DNA of 45,758 bases. Origin: Macrostomum lignano. Taxonomy: Eukaryota. The translations under genes were made by a program, and so were the position numbers. A model generated the notes under the pieces. That model did no database searches and had not been told where the DNA came from. It was given only the letters and a program-made list of their open reading frames with translations. How positions within the stretch are numbered: position 1 is the stretch's first letter; each line of letters opens with the position of its first letter. Shown one piece after another: positions 1 through 11,640 of this stretch. The stretch covers positions 1 through 45,758 of the forward strand of contig NIVC01004444.1 in NCBI GenBank assembly GCA_002269645.1. Direction: 5' to 3'.

Positions 1-351
1 TGATTCAGTTCACATTGCATTGCAGATTTTGTGTTGCACTTGCTAGTCTATCAGGTATTGTCGGAGTTGTAGTTTAATTCTTTCCTGACATTTCTTTGCT
101 TGAATTTCTCCTGAGCAGAGCTCTGACGCATTGCATTTTGTCATAATTTTGTCATCATTATTTACTTGAGCTGTTGAATTGCTAGTGGAAAAACTTCTAT
201 TCCACCTGGCACTGTTCGACTCTGTTTTTAACTGCAGGCTTAATACACACACTGCTTCTCAAGCACTGGCTCAACTCAGCCCAGCTGCTCTCTGATGCCT
301 CAACTGCTTCTATGAAAAGATTTATCGCTTTTCAATTTCTTTCTCTCTGGC

Positions 352-855
352 CCCACACCAAAACAGGTGACCCCCACCAAAGCAGGTGACCCCACCAAAG
401 CAGGTGACCCCACCAAAGCAGGTGACCCCACCAAAGCAGGTGACCCACCAAAACAGGTGACCCCCACCAAAGCAGGTGACCTCACCAAAGCAGGTGACCT
501 TACCAAAACAGGTGACCCCCACCAAAGCAGGTGACCCCCACCAAAGCAGGTGACCTCACCAAAACAGGTGACCCTCACCAAAGCAGGTGACCCCCACCAA
601 AGCAGGTGACCTCACCAAAGCAGGTGACCCCACCAAAGCAGGTGACCCCACCAAAGCAGGTGACCCCACCAAAGCAGGTGACCCCCACCAAAGCAGGTGA
701 CCCCCACCAAAGCAGGTGACCCCCACCAAAGCAGGTGACCCCCATTAAAGCAGGTGACCCCATCTGAGCAGGTGACCCCATCCGAGCAGGTGACCCCATC
801 TGAGCAGGTGACCCCATCCGAGCAGGTGACCCCATCCAAGCAGGTGACCCCAACC
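352..855. repeat. Minisatellite, 19-20 bp unit (AAGCAGGTGACC(C)CCACCA), roughly 26 copies
   Basis: Direct tandem periodicity with no unique spacers. The distal copies drift to GAGCAGGTGACCCCATC(T/C). Confidence 0.95.
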
Positions 856-1062
856 CAAAAATTATCCACTCTGTTAATCCGGATGTTTTTGGTTAGAAAA
901 GAGAAAGTGAAAAGAAAAGTTTATTTGGCTTCCTGAGTTTTCTATCCGGCCCAGAACTCTGGCTGTCACTGGCTGCACAATAAGTGCAGTTTTATTTATA
1001 TTTAAATCCAAACGCACTGTCAGCATTACACCGTCTGGCAAGATAATCCCACAGCAGTTTCA

Positions 1063-1695
1063 TCAGCTTTGTGCATTAATTTGGCCTTGTGCGGTGAAAA
1101 TATGCAAGGATCATTAGATAGGCATACAATTACTTAGGGCTCTGTGCTTACCTTCACAAACCTTTTTGACTTGATCGATAGCATTGACACGTTTTCACAG
1201 CAAGTGGCAACTCACCCTCCGGGCAGCTGTAATTCACGAACAGGTATTTGTAGTTCTTGGGGCAGGGATCGGAGCCAAAAGCACTGTTGGATGCGGAGAT
1301 GCTGCAGGTCTGAGCACCCTCACACCGCGACTTTGTGTAGCTGAGCGAGTTGGAGCTCCAGCAGTTGTTCATGGAGCTCGTGTGTCTGACGCAGTCAGTG
1401 CTGAACTCCTCTGACTTGCCGAACATAGCGAAGTGGATGTTGATGGAGCCCCGCGGCACGAGATGGACAGGTGCTGGCCCTCGCACACGATTTGGCTCAG
1501 CACAGCGGCTGGAATGAGCGGGAGACTGAGCTTTGGAGGGGCAGTTGACCTCCCTATAATTGACTGTCAGTGGAGGGCAGTTGACCTCCCTATTCTTGAC
1601 AGCGGAGGACAGTTGACCCACAGTCCATGCAACTCACCCAGTGCTCTGGGCATCCCCAAAATCAGGCCAGTCGCTAGCAGTAGTGTCAGCCTCAT
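1063..1695 (-). CDS. Secreted SUEL-type (Gal_Lectin / rhamnose-binding) lectin, 3 exons, about 125 aa, with a 1-nt frameshift near 1449-1456
   Basis: Exon 1 (1695-1638) reads MRLTLLLATGLILGMPRAL, a signal peptide, and ends at a GTGAGT donor. Exon 2 (1508-1216) follows a TTCCAG acceptor and reads AVLSQIVCEGQHLSISC / GSINIHFAMFG...KSRCEGAQTCSISASNSAFGSDPCPKNYKYLFVNYSC, the SUEL signature, ending at a GTGAGT donor. A probable exon 3 (1085-1063, AAG acceptor) gives GQINAQS*, with AATAAA at 996-991. Exon 2 is phase 1-1 and 293 nt, one base short of a multiple of 3. Confidence 0.85.
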
Positions 1696-2283
1696 GTGCC
1701 TCAATTTTGCAATGTTTTTTGCACTGAACCAAGCTGCAAGCAGAGAGTGTTGGGTGCCATCCCAGCCCGGGTGCGGGTCTATATATCAGCTGCTCCGCAA
1801 TTGACAGCCAATCCCAAATGGCCGGTTCCTGACAGACACCTCCATCAGCTGCAGCTGGCATGTTTGCTAGCAAATTTTGCTTGGCTTGAAGTGGATTGCT
1901 GATTGCTCGAGTTAATAGTGTACTCGTAGTGATAATGCTTTTAATATGCAAACTCATATGCCATCCTGCAACACTGGTCTGGGAGATACTTTAATCCAGT
2001 TCTCGAGACAAATGAACGCAATGATTGAGAATGAATGTTGCGCAAATACTGAGCTGTTTACACATCATTCTGAGATATCTGGCGGGGACTTTCGATGGAA
2101 TTCCCATTTGTCAGCTGGCACCTCGGTCGCATGCATTCAGCTCGCCAGTGAAGTATGAGACAGACCAGGCCTATGGGCTAAGGTCTGCGATACTTCACGC
2201 CTGCCCCCATCTTCAGCAGGTTAAGGCTGATGGGAGGTCTGCACCCTCTATTTGCTGCTCTCTCGCATGTCGACCAAGGGTCT

Positions 2284-5200
2284 AATTCTGGTGCAACTCT
2301 GAAGAGAGCAGCCGCAGTCTACGCGAGCTTCTGCCAAAGCTGAACTGGCCGCTTTCGCATCTGGATCCCGGCCGGCAGTGCCATTAAGTCCGGAGATCGG
2401 CTTATGCAGATCCTGCTAAAGCTGCACCCTGACCTCGAGGTCAACAGGCTCCTACACCACGCCACTTCCCGCAAGGAGAAGGGGGCCACGGTGATCCTAG
2501 GGCTCTCCGACGCCTGGGCTAAGCGCTTCCCCCCTAAGTCTACTATCCACCTTGGTCTGACTCAGCTGACCATCCTCCGTTGCGAGGAGCGGAAAGCTGA
2601 CGAAGCCAAGCATGCTGAGGCTCCTGAAACCGTAACTAGGGCCCAAGCTCCTCCGGCAAAGAAGCTGAGGCAAACGGCTGATCCCAAGCCCGGTAAGGCA
2701 GTCAGCGCTGCTGAAGCCGGCAATCGCAACCGCAGACCTGCCAGGAACACACGGAGGTCCGATCTGATCCAGCGCGCGTTGGACCTGGCCAAGAGCCTCC
2801 GGGCGTATCGTGAGCGGGCCCGCGCTTCTGCGCTTCACCCCAACAGCCAGAATGCCTGGCTGTCGGCGGGGAGGCGCTGACCGACTGGTTCGAGTCAGAC
2901 TCACCAGGAAGCTGGCGTCACCCGCATCAACCTGATCGACGAGGCAGAGGGGACGGGCAGTGACAGCACCGAAGCACGCAGGGGAGGCGACGGTAACGTC
3001 CACGCTGGGCTCACGCCCGCGGAGGACTCCACAGCCACCCTAACTGCCGAGGACGCTGAAACTCCCATGGAGGTTTGTGGGACAACCACCTCTGAAAAGG
3101 AGGAGGATGACCTGCTCAACGATTCCCCAGCTGCGTGACAATGATCAGCAGCCAGGGAATCCACTGCTTGCAGATTAATCTGCAACACTGCGTCGCAGCT
3201 TCGGTCAACCTTATGCGTTACGCCGAGCTCGACACGCCGGGGCTCATCTCGTCCAGGAACTCTGGACCCTCAAAGGGTAAGTCTCAGAACGCCCCTGCCG
3301 GCTACAATTGTTTTTATACCTACCCTCGAGGCCAACCAGCCTCCCAGAGCTTGCATCTTTACGATTAAAATGCTCAGTGCGTGGCTCAGATCGGACCTGT
3401 CCAACAGGGACATCTGCGTCATCTAATCCGAGGACCTTCTTCCAGGGAAGACCACCCTCATAGCCTCGGTCTACCTACCAGGCGATGCTGCGGTCGTCCC
3501 CAGAGCCCTCGCTACGCTGCTCGAGCTCTGCTCTGCCAAAAACTACGAGCTCATGGTTGCCGGCGACATCAACGCCCACCGCACTGGCATCAATCAGAGA
3601 GACGAAGACCTCCTAGCCTACGTTGCTTCTACGACCCTCGAATTCTGCAACTCTGGGTCCACCCCTAAATTTGATAACGGACGGTGGTCGGAGGTGATCG
3701 ACGCCACACTCGGAACACCCAGGCTCTACCAGAGCATTGGGGCGTGGCGGGTGCTTTCAGCGTCCTCACTCTCCGATCACAAGTTCATCTCCTTCAACCT
3801 GATAGCCGCGCGTAGCGCAACTCGTGTTACGTGGAGACCAGAACGCCAGAAACACTGATTGGGAAACCTTCGGGCTCGCCCTGAAGAAGTTCCATCGGTC
3901 TCCTGGCCAACCACCCACGATCACGTCATGCTACGAAGCGGATGACTTCGCGACTGTTCTAACAGAAACGCTAACCGCCGCCTTTGAGGCATCATGCCCT
4001 TTAAAAGCCTATAAAGGGAAAAAATCTGCGCCGTGGTGGAATCCCGATGTGATGAATACAGTATGCTATACGGCAAATAAATTAGGCCCTAAACAAACCT
4101 ATTTTTGGAGCGTTCAAAGATTTTAAACTATTGGCCCTATTGCCTATCGTCGGTCGGCGAGTTCTACCAATCTTTCTCCGATAGTTGCAGGTACGGTACA
4201 AGTAAAGAAGAAACACGGGTGAAACGATTCAAGCAGATTTAGAGCGTGATAATCCTAGTTTAAGAATGGCTGACTATGCTAGTAGTTGACTTAGACGATT
4301 TAATTTAGTTACTTCAAATTGATTACAAGTTCTCAACGCAGTTCGCGACGCAGATAAATTTGAGCACGGATAACAACGATAATAAATTAATTACGCAACT
4401 GGCGAGCGGATCTCAGCTTTGAAGAAGAAGAAGGAACCGAACACGGGACCACGGAGAAAGACTCCTAAACACTGGCCTAAACCCAGAACCTACTCTCAAA
4501 CGAGAGCCCTGACGAATTGACGGTTCAGTGGAGCTCTGGCTAAGTTCTACCAGCGCTGCCCTTCAGTGCGACACTGAGGCCCTCGGGTCGAGGCCACGTA
4601 CTTTGTCAAATCCGCCTGTCTCTATCTAAACCGCGCTTGATAACGACGCCCTCAGACAAGGTTGCCGTAGGCGTTACGTCACAAGACTGGTGCGGTTGGG
4701 CGAGGGAATAAAGCACGGACCGGGGGAGACGAGCAGATTAAGCGCCTCAAAGCGCGAAAACAGAGGGCAAAACGGCCGGGAAATTGGACAAGCTAAAGGC
4801 CGAAAAACCGAAAATCCGACCGCTAATCACACTTTCATTTATAGTCACTGTCAAACCCCTCAAAACCCCCTCACGCCGGGTGGTGGGTGTCTCTGGCCGG
4901 CCGCTCGTTAAGCCGACTTGCACTGGGCCCGCGGCGCCGGGTAGACTTGGATTTTGCCACGTGCCAGGGTCCAGGCCGGTTCTGATTGGCTGGCCGCGCA
5001 AAGCTTGGGGTACGCAGGAAAACTCAACCCTCCGCTGAGTCACAGAATTGGCGCCTAACTTCTAACCTGCTTACGCAAAACAAACTCTAAACTAAGAGAA
5101 AAAAAGTACATTGAAACGCGTGACCAAATAAGCAAAATAATAATTAACAATATGGAAACTAACTAATAAAATGCAAACTACACAAAAGATGCTCACACTA

Positions 5201-5322
5201 CACCAAGCTCGGTAACCTCCGTCGCAGAGCTAAGAAACTCCACCGCAGAGCAACTAAAACTAAGAGCCCAGCGCAACAAACCGCCTACCATGAAGCAATC
5301 CATGAGTTTAAAAGTCGTATGG
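2284..5322 (+). mobile_element. Degenerate non-LTR retrotransposon (LOA/R1-like): ORF1 remnant plus AP-endonuclease part of ORF2, interrupted by a solo LTR and truncated before the RT
   Basis: The ORF1-like region ends with TGA at 3138 and ORF2 starts with ATG at 3141. ORF2 carries the motifs LQINLQH, AGDINAH, IDATL, SDHKFISF and PWWNP. The linker resumes after 5202 as KLGNLRRRAKKLHRRATKTK. Multiple frameshifts and stops. The 5' boundary is approximate. Confidence 0.85.
4048..5202. mobile_element. Solo LTR (1155 bp), probably Gypsy-type
   Basis: TGTGATG...CACTACA termini and a 4-bp TSD (CCGA 4044-4047 / CCAA 5203-5206, one mismatch). Removing it restores the LINE frame PWWNP-KLGNLRRR. No coding capacity was seen. 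Superfamily and orientation are inferred. Confidence 0.8.
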
Positions 5323-6360
5323 ACTCCAAATGAAAAGAATTCAGAAATTTGCAGTTGCCTAAAAATTGTATTTAAAAAGCGCCTTAGAAGTTGCTGGAAA
5401 TGTGGTTTGTTTCAATATCTTCAATGTTTTTTTTAACCTAGTCCGTTATTAACTTCAAAATTGATTTGAAAAAAGTGCCGCTTCTATTTTAGGTGACTCT
5501 CCAGTTGATAGCGAACACAGAGAACCGCTCACATGCACCTGCTTCCAACTCTGCAGTTTCTTGCCTCTCTTGCCTCCCAGTCTAGCACTTGGCGTCCTCT
5601 CCCCTCCCTTTGTGGCTTCAGATCTCTTTAATGGTTTACCGTAAATTAAATATTAAAAGCATCTTCAGGCCTTGCGCTCGCCTAGAAAATGTAGCCCAAG
5701 CTCCAGTCTGCTCCCGGTTTACCTGTAGTTCTTCTTTGCGTCAGTTTTGGGACGCTAAAAATATTATTTCTGTTTGGACTAAAATTAGGACTACAAAAAA
5801 TGGCGACTGCAATTATCCCCAGCCTCTCCCGACTTCTCCCAACCCCGCCAAAGTTTCATGAGGTGGCGACCCTCTCACAATTTGCTGTCTGCATCCAAGC
5901 CAGCATTCTGTGGTTCTATCAATAGAATTTGGTTTAGCTAATGAAGCTGCATGAGAGGCCGCCCAGCTGCAGTGTTGAATTATTAAGATGTATTCAGAAA
6001 TAGCAGTTTTCTCAGCAAGGCTCCATCGAGTTTATACAACAAATTCATCAGCCTCCGGCAGAGCAACCACAAAGCAGCGCAGGCTCTTATGGCACCCCTG
6101 AAAGGGTTAGATGTTAGTAAGATGTTGTTAAATGCTGGTTTCTTATAAAGTTTTGCATCTACAAAATCAATATTGCGTATGTGTACGTTTTGAAATGTAT
6201 AAAAATCATAGAGAATATATTGTACGTATTTACAAGCAAAACATCACAAAAACGAATTCAGCAATAAAAAGCCTAAAATCGCTAATTTCAAAATCGCTAA
6301 TTTTGTGCCGAAAATTATCGAAAATTTTCGAATGATCGAAAATTATATTGACCTACTTGA

Positions 6361-6830
6361 CTCAGCTGCGGGGCTCCGGGCATCCCGATACAGCGGGGAG
6401 GTGTTGAAAGCCCATTACGCTGACACCTGGCGACCACGGGCAGCTGGTGCTGTGGTGTCGCGCAGAGAGTTCCGGTGGTACCGGTGTCCGCAGCGCGGTT
6501 TCCTGGAGAGAGTTCAGGAGGTGGATGGTCGTTCGCCCAGTAGCCCTTAGGTAGCGGACGAGCTGGCAGAGATTCTCGGGCCTGAAAACATCGGATAGGC
6601 CCGGGTTTGGACCGAGGTAGGTGAGACTGTCCTGTCTGTCGGCATCCGCATTCTCGACGCTGGAGAGGCAGAATAGGCATTCCTCGATAGAATGGGACAG
6701 TCGGCAGTCGGTGGCGGCAGTCGGTGGCGTCAGCCCACCTCTCCCTGTGCTTGGATGCCACCCACTGGCTAATTTGAGTGTTGACAACGGGTAAAAGACC
6801 CGGTCGAGCCAACTAAACGAAAGTTATACA
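6361..6830 (-). mobile_element. 3' end fragment of a LOA/R1-like LINE
   Basis: Reads [20 protein letters not shown] (post-RNase H segment), then CLFC...YLG...[10 protein letters not shown] (C-terminal zinc-knuckle remnant), followed by a 3' UTR. Internally deleted; ends are approximate. Confidence 0.6.
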
Positions 6831-7026
6831 TAGAAACTTGATTGACCAAGTGTGCGACCAAGTCCTGGCAATGGGTGGTCGCAACTCCGCACCTTATATT
6901 TCTACCGCAGCTCAGAGCTCCCCCACCTTATCGCGGCAGGGTGAACTGCAACTCAGCTTAATTAGGGATGCCTTGAAGGTTGCGACGAAGGTCTTCAATT
7001 GAATTGCGTTACTAACCGGGATTAGT

Positions 7027-7098
7027 GGGGGCATAGCCTGGTGGTCTCGGGCGGCGCGCTGATGTGCCAACGGCCCAGGCTCGATTCCAAGTGCAGTC
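7027..7098 (+). mobile_element. tRNA-like head (Pol III A/B boxes); possible SINE or tRNA pseudogene
   Basis: A-box-like TAGCCTGGTGG at 7034-7044 and B-box-like GGCTCGATTCC at 7078-7088, at tRNA spacing. No clean cloverleaf or TSD was found. Confidence 0.4.
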
Positions 7099-7701
7099 AC
7101 ATTAAATTGGGACTAAATTAAAATCTCGACTTGGGTCTGCTCGCGCATTTAACGTCTTATAGGACCCCCAAAGGCACAGAGAGGGTACGAAAGTCAGGGC
7201 CGCTGTACATGTGCATGTACACCCTGTGTGAGTGTGTATCCGCATGCGCTTGTGCGCCTGCTCAGGACCTCAGCAAATTGGGCAGTAATGCCTAAAGTAG
7301 AAAAGAAATTTCCTAAATCCCAACAATAGAGGATGCCTTGAACAGAATTCGGAACTTGAAAAATTCACACAAAAAGGAATGATCCGCATTTTGATAAAAA
7401 TGTACTCGAAAATACATCATACTTCACTAATCCAAGTGATTGATCGAGTGCAACTTTCACCACTTTCCACCAGCCGCGCACAATGTACGCAGTTCATCCG
7501 GCAGACCCAGAATCACGCCAGGTGGAGGGATGGGCAGAGGAGGGAGGAAGGGTGGGAGAGGAAGCATTTAGCGAGCAGAGCATGCAGAGATGAAAGCTTT
7601 GCTGCAGCTCAGGATGCCACCGGATGAGCAGAGTCCTGCGGGGCGGGAACCCTGTCGCAAGATTAGCAACGAAAAAAGTACGACCTGATTGACGCTGCCA
7701 C

Positions 7702-8223
7702 CAGTAGCGCAACCAGAAATTTGTTGAGGGGGGCGGATTCTGGAGGGTAAGGACCCAAGGGGGGGCAAATTCTGGAGGGTAAGGACCCAAGGGGGCGGAT
7801 TCTGGAGGGTAAGGACCCATGGGGGGCGGATTCTGGAGGGTAAGGACCCAAGGGGGCGGATTCTGGAGGGTAAGGACCCATGGGGGGCGGATTCTGGAGG
7901 GTAAGGACCCAAGGGGGGGGGCGGATTCTGGAGGGTAAGGACCCAAGGGGGGCGGATTCTGGAGGGTAAGGACCCAAGGGGGGGGCGGATTCTGGAGGGT
8001 AGGGACCCAAGGGGCGGATTCTGGAGGGTAAGGACCCAAGGGGGGGGGCGGATTCTGGAGGGTAGGGACCCAAGGGGCGGATTCTGGAGGGTAAGGACCC
8101 AAGGGCGGCTCTGCATTTTGGCGAAAATTCGCTTTGTCCCCACTTTGATTTTCTTTTTGGTCTCCGCCTATAATGGGGGGTGGGCAAACCCCCACCGCCC
8201 CCCGCCCCCTGGTTGCGCCACTG
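7702..8223. mobile_element. Non-autonomous hAT element (MITE) carrying about 12 copies of a G-rich 29-35 bp minisatellite
   Basis: 15-bp TIR CAGT(A/G)GCGCAACCAG and a perfect 8-bp TSD GCTGCCAC (7694-7701 and 8224-8231). The internal array GGCGGATTCTGGAGGGTAAGGACCCAAGGGG spans about 7730-8105. Confidence 0.92.
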
Positions 8224-8390
8224 GCTGCCACCGAGCGAGATTGATTGCGCGACCAATTCTCACATGGCTTCTCCACAGACCCACTTTTGGGGCATAGACA
8301 ATGAAGAGCGAGTCTTCAGTAGCTGGACTCTCCCGCTGAGGACCTTGATTCAACTCAGAGAACATATTTCTTTAAATATTCTAAATATTT

Positions 8391-8548
8391 CATTGTCGGC
8401 TGATTTTCCATGCAGGAATGGCATTCTTGCACTCTTTTGCGTGCAGGAATGGATGTCTATGGTAAAATCTCACTGAAAAAGCATTAGGCGCAGAAATGCA
8501 TTCCTGCACGGTTTTGTGCATTCCTGCACGATGAATCATCCGACAATG
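8391..8548. repeat. Short palindromic, MITE-like element with about 30-bp imperfect inverted termini
   Basis: CATTGTCGGCTGATTTTCCATGCAGGAATG versus the reverse complement of the right end CATTGTCGGATGATTCATCGTGCAGGAATG. No TSD identified. Confidence 0.5.
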
Positions 8549-9959
8549 GAATTCCTTCACGTTCACTCGTGCGTGAAGGACATCGTGCACTCGTGCGCTA
8601 GCGCGCACTCGTGCATATGTCATTCCCGCACTCGTGACCGTGCAGGAATATATCAATCTTTACACATCTTTTACTCATTTTAGAAATACCCTCTGCCAGC
8701 TACTGCCAGTAGTCGTAACTGCATGCGCGCAGTAGTTTCTGCCCTCCCCCGTTCCGGTCGCGGAAGCGGGCATGAGTCAGAGCCGGCGGGCTGCCCCCGA
8801 TAAATGCCCCCCCCCCCGGAAAAGAGGCCCAGCCCGATATTGAAACCAGCGAATGCCTGCCTGCCAACAGCTCTCCTGCTGAGGGTGGAGCTGAGGGGAA
8901 TTCGCTACCGCCTTTATGGGTTGCGCGCGCGTTGCTGTTGGCTTGCGCGATTTGTGACCCCGGCAGGAACTGCGCGCAAAGTGCGCGAGCCGTCAGCAGA
9001 TGAGTCACCCATGCGCTGCCTTCGCAGTCGGGCGCGTTGCGTTCGGTTTAGCGCAAAATTTCGCACTGCCTGCGGAAAAGTTTTTACTCCGATGACGTAT
9101 GATTGGCCTCCATTCCGGTCAAACGGAACTGCAAGATGTGCTGCCAAAAGTAAATAATTGCTGTGCTGGTTGACAGAACCGCTGCCAATGCAAAATGCAA
9201 TGCAATGCCAAGGAAATTTCCTTTTTAACCTTTTTGAACATCTTGTTGAGTGTCAATTCTCTCCTAGCGTTCGTGTGCTTAGACACTGGGCTTCGAACTC
9301 AGAACTAGGGGGAGGGGGGCGATCGAAAGCTTCAGCATCTGTGAGGTATTCGAGACATTCCAGCTTCATTTTATGCTCGAAAGTCGCAAAGGAGAAGGAC
9401 ATCGAGTGACGTCCCGACAGGCTGCAAAATCAATTTCTAAGAACAGGTTTGTGCTTGTTGCGATGGAGTTTCTTCTCGTGCTGGCATATCGCGTGACGGC
9501 CGGGACTGGCGGCATGAGTCACCGCATGGCCGCAGTTTTCTGCGTGCGTCGCGGTTTAAAAAATCAGCGCTTCGCCGCAGTAAAAAACTGCCGTGTTGCG
9601 CAACCCGACGCGATCGTGACTCAGCCGCGCGTGGCCAGGGCCGAGGCGTCGCTTCTGCATCAAGCTTCATCCCCAAGTCATTGTCCGAATTCCTCTACAA
9701 CTGGCCGTTTCACTTCGATGAGGAATTTCCTGCTGCAGCAGCGACACTTGCCGCTCATCCGTCATTCAGATTTGGCATCGGCGGCATTGCGGCAGAGCTG
9801 AACTGACTCGCCAACTGACTGCGGAGGCTGCCGTTTGTTGGCCGATCTGGGAATTCCGGATATCGGGTGGCCATCCGGCCATCCGAAATGATCGAAATGG
9901 AATTCCGGAACAGGGGATGTCATAAAATTTTTTAAGGCCATAGCTTTTCTGTGCGATCA

Positions 9960-10225
9960 TAGCCATTCTGTGTGGTCATAGTCATTCTGTGTGGTCATAG
10001 TCATTCTGTGTGGTCATAGTCATTCTGTGTGGTCATAGTCATTCTGTGTGGTCATAGTCATTCTGTGTGGTCATAGTCATTCTGTAGGGTCATAGTCATT
10101 CTGTGTGGTCATAGTCATTCTGTGTGGTCATAGTCATTCTGTAGGGTCATAGTCATTCTGTGTGGTCATAGTCATTCTGTGTGGTCATAGTCATTCTGTG
10201 TGGTCATAGCTATTCTGTAGGGTCG
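9960..10225. repeat. Minisatellite, 19-bp unit TAGTCATTCTGTGTGGTCA, about 13-14 copies
   Basis: Near-perfect tandem periodicity, with an interspersed TGTAGG variant. Confidence 0.95.
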
Positions 10226-11204
10226 TACCCATACTGTGGGATCATGGCTACTCATTGGGGTCATGGCCATTCTATCGGCGTCATTCCAAAGGGTCATTAG
10301 CCTCTTTCACAAGAGATCACACTACCAAGTCTAAAGTGTCATAGCCAGTCTATTAGGATCAGCGCCTTGCTACAGAGTTACTCCCAGAGGATTTTTTTGA
10401 GACAGGCAGCGAGTGTCAGGCAGCCCGAACCGATGGATGAACTGTCGATTTTCGTTAATCATCATGTTATTATTATTATTATTATTCGAGTTTCAACCTA
10501 ACACCCACTCAAGGCGGCATTATCCGATCAATTATAAACTCGATTCACTTCGGGCTTTACCGGAACGGCGTGAGTGGCCGCCCCAGGGGGCACCGGCTTG
10601 CTTACTAATTCTGCTGATTACGTAATCACTTGGGCCTCAATACGCTACCAACACACCGGCTGGGGGGGGGCAGTTGTCGCACCCCGTGTTAGTCACTTGC
10701 GACCCCCAGGTTTACTCATTCTCTCACGGAACTCTCATTGTCAGGGGAGAGGAGGGGGTGCAGCGCATGGGCTGCTTTCTTCCCAAAAGCTGGCAGCTCC
10801 CTACCCCCCCCCCTGCCCCCGTGACACCGGCGCGCTATGAACAGAATTGCGTCATCTGCCAGTGAAGCGCGTGACTCACTGGGCGCAGATTCTTCCTGTC
10901 AGCTCGGGGGTGGTCTTTAATCGGCGCATTCTGCGTGGGCAATCCGGGGGGGGGGAGATGATCAACCAGATGATAATTCCATATTTGTGCCGGAGACTCA
11001 ACTAGTTGGGGTGGAGCAGAACTCAGAGCAATGTCTGAAAAGATGCGTGCCTTCTGTGCGAGTCGATGATTTGCATTGATTTCTCCAGCAATGAGGGGCA
11101 AAGGGGAAGCGGCGCCAACCCCTAATCTTCAGCTCGACATCCTGGCAGCTTTGCACATCAGCATACAATAAAATTTCTGGCTCCCATTGTGCTTCTGCTA
11201 GAAG

Positions 11205-11640
11205 TCTGGCGCTTACTATCTGGCGCCCTTTACTATCTGGCGCCGTTTACTATCAGGCGCCGTTTACTATCTAGCGCTTCTTACGATCTGGCGCCCTTTA
11301 CTATCTGGCGCCCTTTACTATCTGGCGCCGTTTACTATCAGGCGCCCCTTACTATCTAGCGCTTCTTACGATCTGGCGCCCTTTACTATCTGGCGCCCTT
11401 TACTATCTGACGCCCTTTACTATCTGGCGCCGTTTGCTATCTGGCGCCGTTTACTATCTGGCGCCCATTACTATCTGGCGCCCTTTACTATCTGGCGCCC
11501 TTTGCTATCTGGCGCCCATTACTATCTGGCGCCCATTACTATCTGGCGCCGTTTACTATCTGGCGCCCTTTACTATCTGGCGCCCTTTGCTATCTGGCGC
11601 CGTTTACTATCTGGCGCCCCCTCTATCTGGCGCTGTGGAA
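11205..11640. repeat. Minisatellite, 17-bp unit TGGCGCC(C/G)TTTACTATC, about 25 copies
   Basis: Direct tandem periodicity, with degenerate copies continuing to about 11760. Confidence 0.95.

Noticed and set aside
352-855. CRISPR-like appearance of the short repeat arrays here and elsewhere
   Set aside because: The units are contiguous with no unique spacers, no cas genes are present, and the context is an intron-containing eukaryotic genome.
5049-5059. tRNA-Lys PBS-like TGGCGCCTAAC after ...CACA inside the LTR-like insert
   Set aside because: It matches only about 10 nt, lies 150 bp inside the TSD-defined boundary, and no gag follows.
2284-6830. Twin-priming inversion linking the + strand LINE 5' part and the - strand LINE 3' fragment
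   Set aside because: The geometry is tail-to-tail with about 1 kb of unrelated DNA between them and no shared TSD. Independent insertions are more likely.
7494-8276. 260-aa proline-rich ORF (PLGPYPPESAP repeats) resembling an extensin or adhesive protein
   Set aside because: All three minus frames are open because the repeat lacks stops. The array lies inside a TIR/TSD-bounded MITE.
10654-10832. Possible hAT MITE (CACCGG...CCGGCG with G/C runs)
   Set aside because: The TIR is too short and imperfect, and the 8-bp flanks (TACCAACA vs CGCTATGA) do not match.
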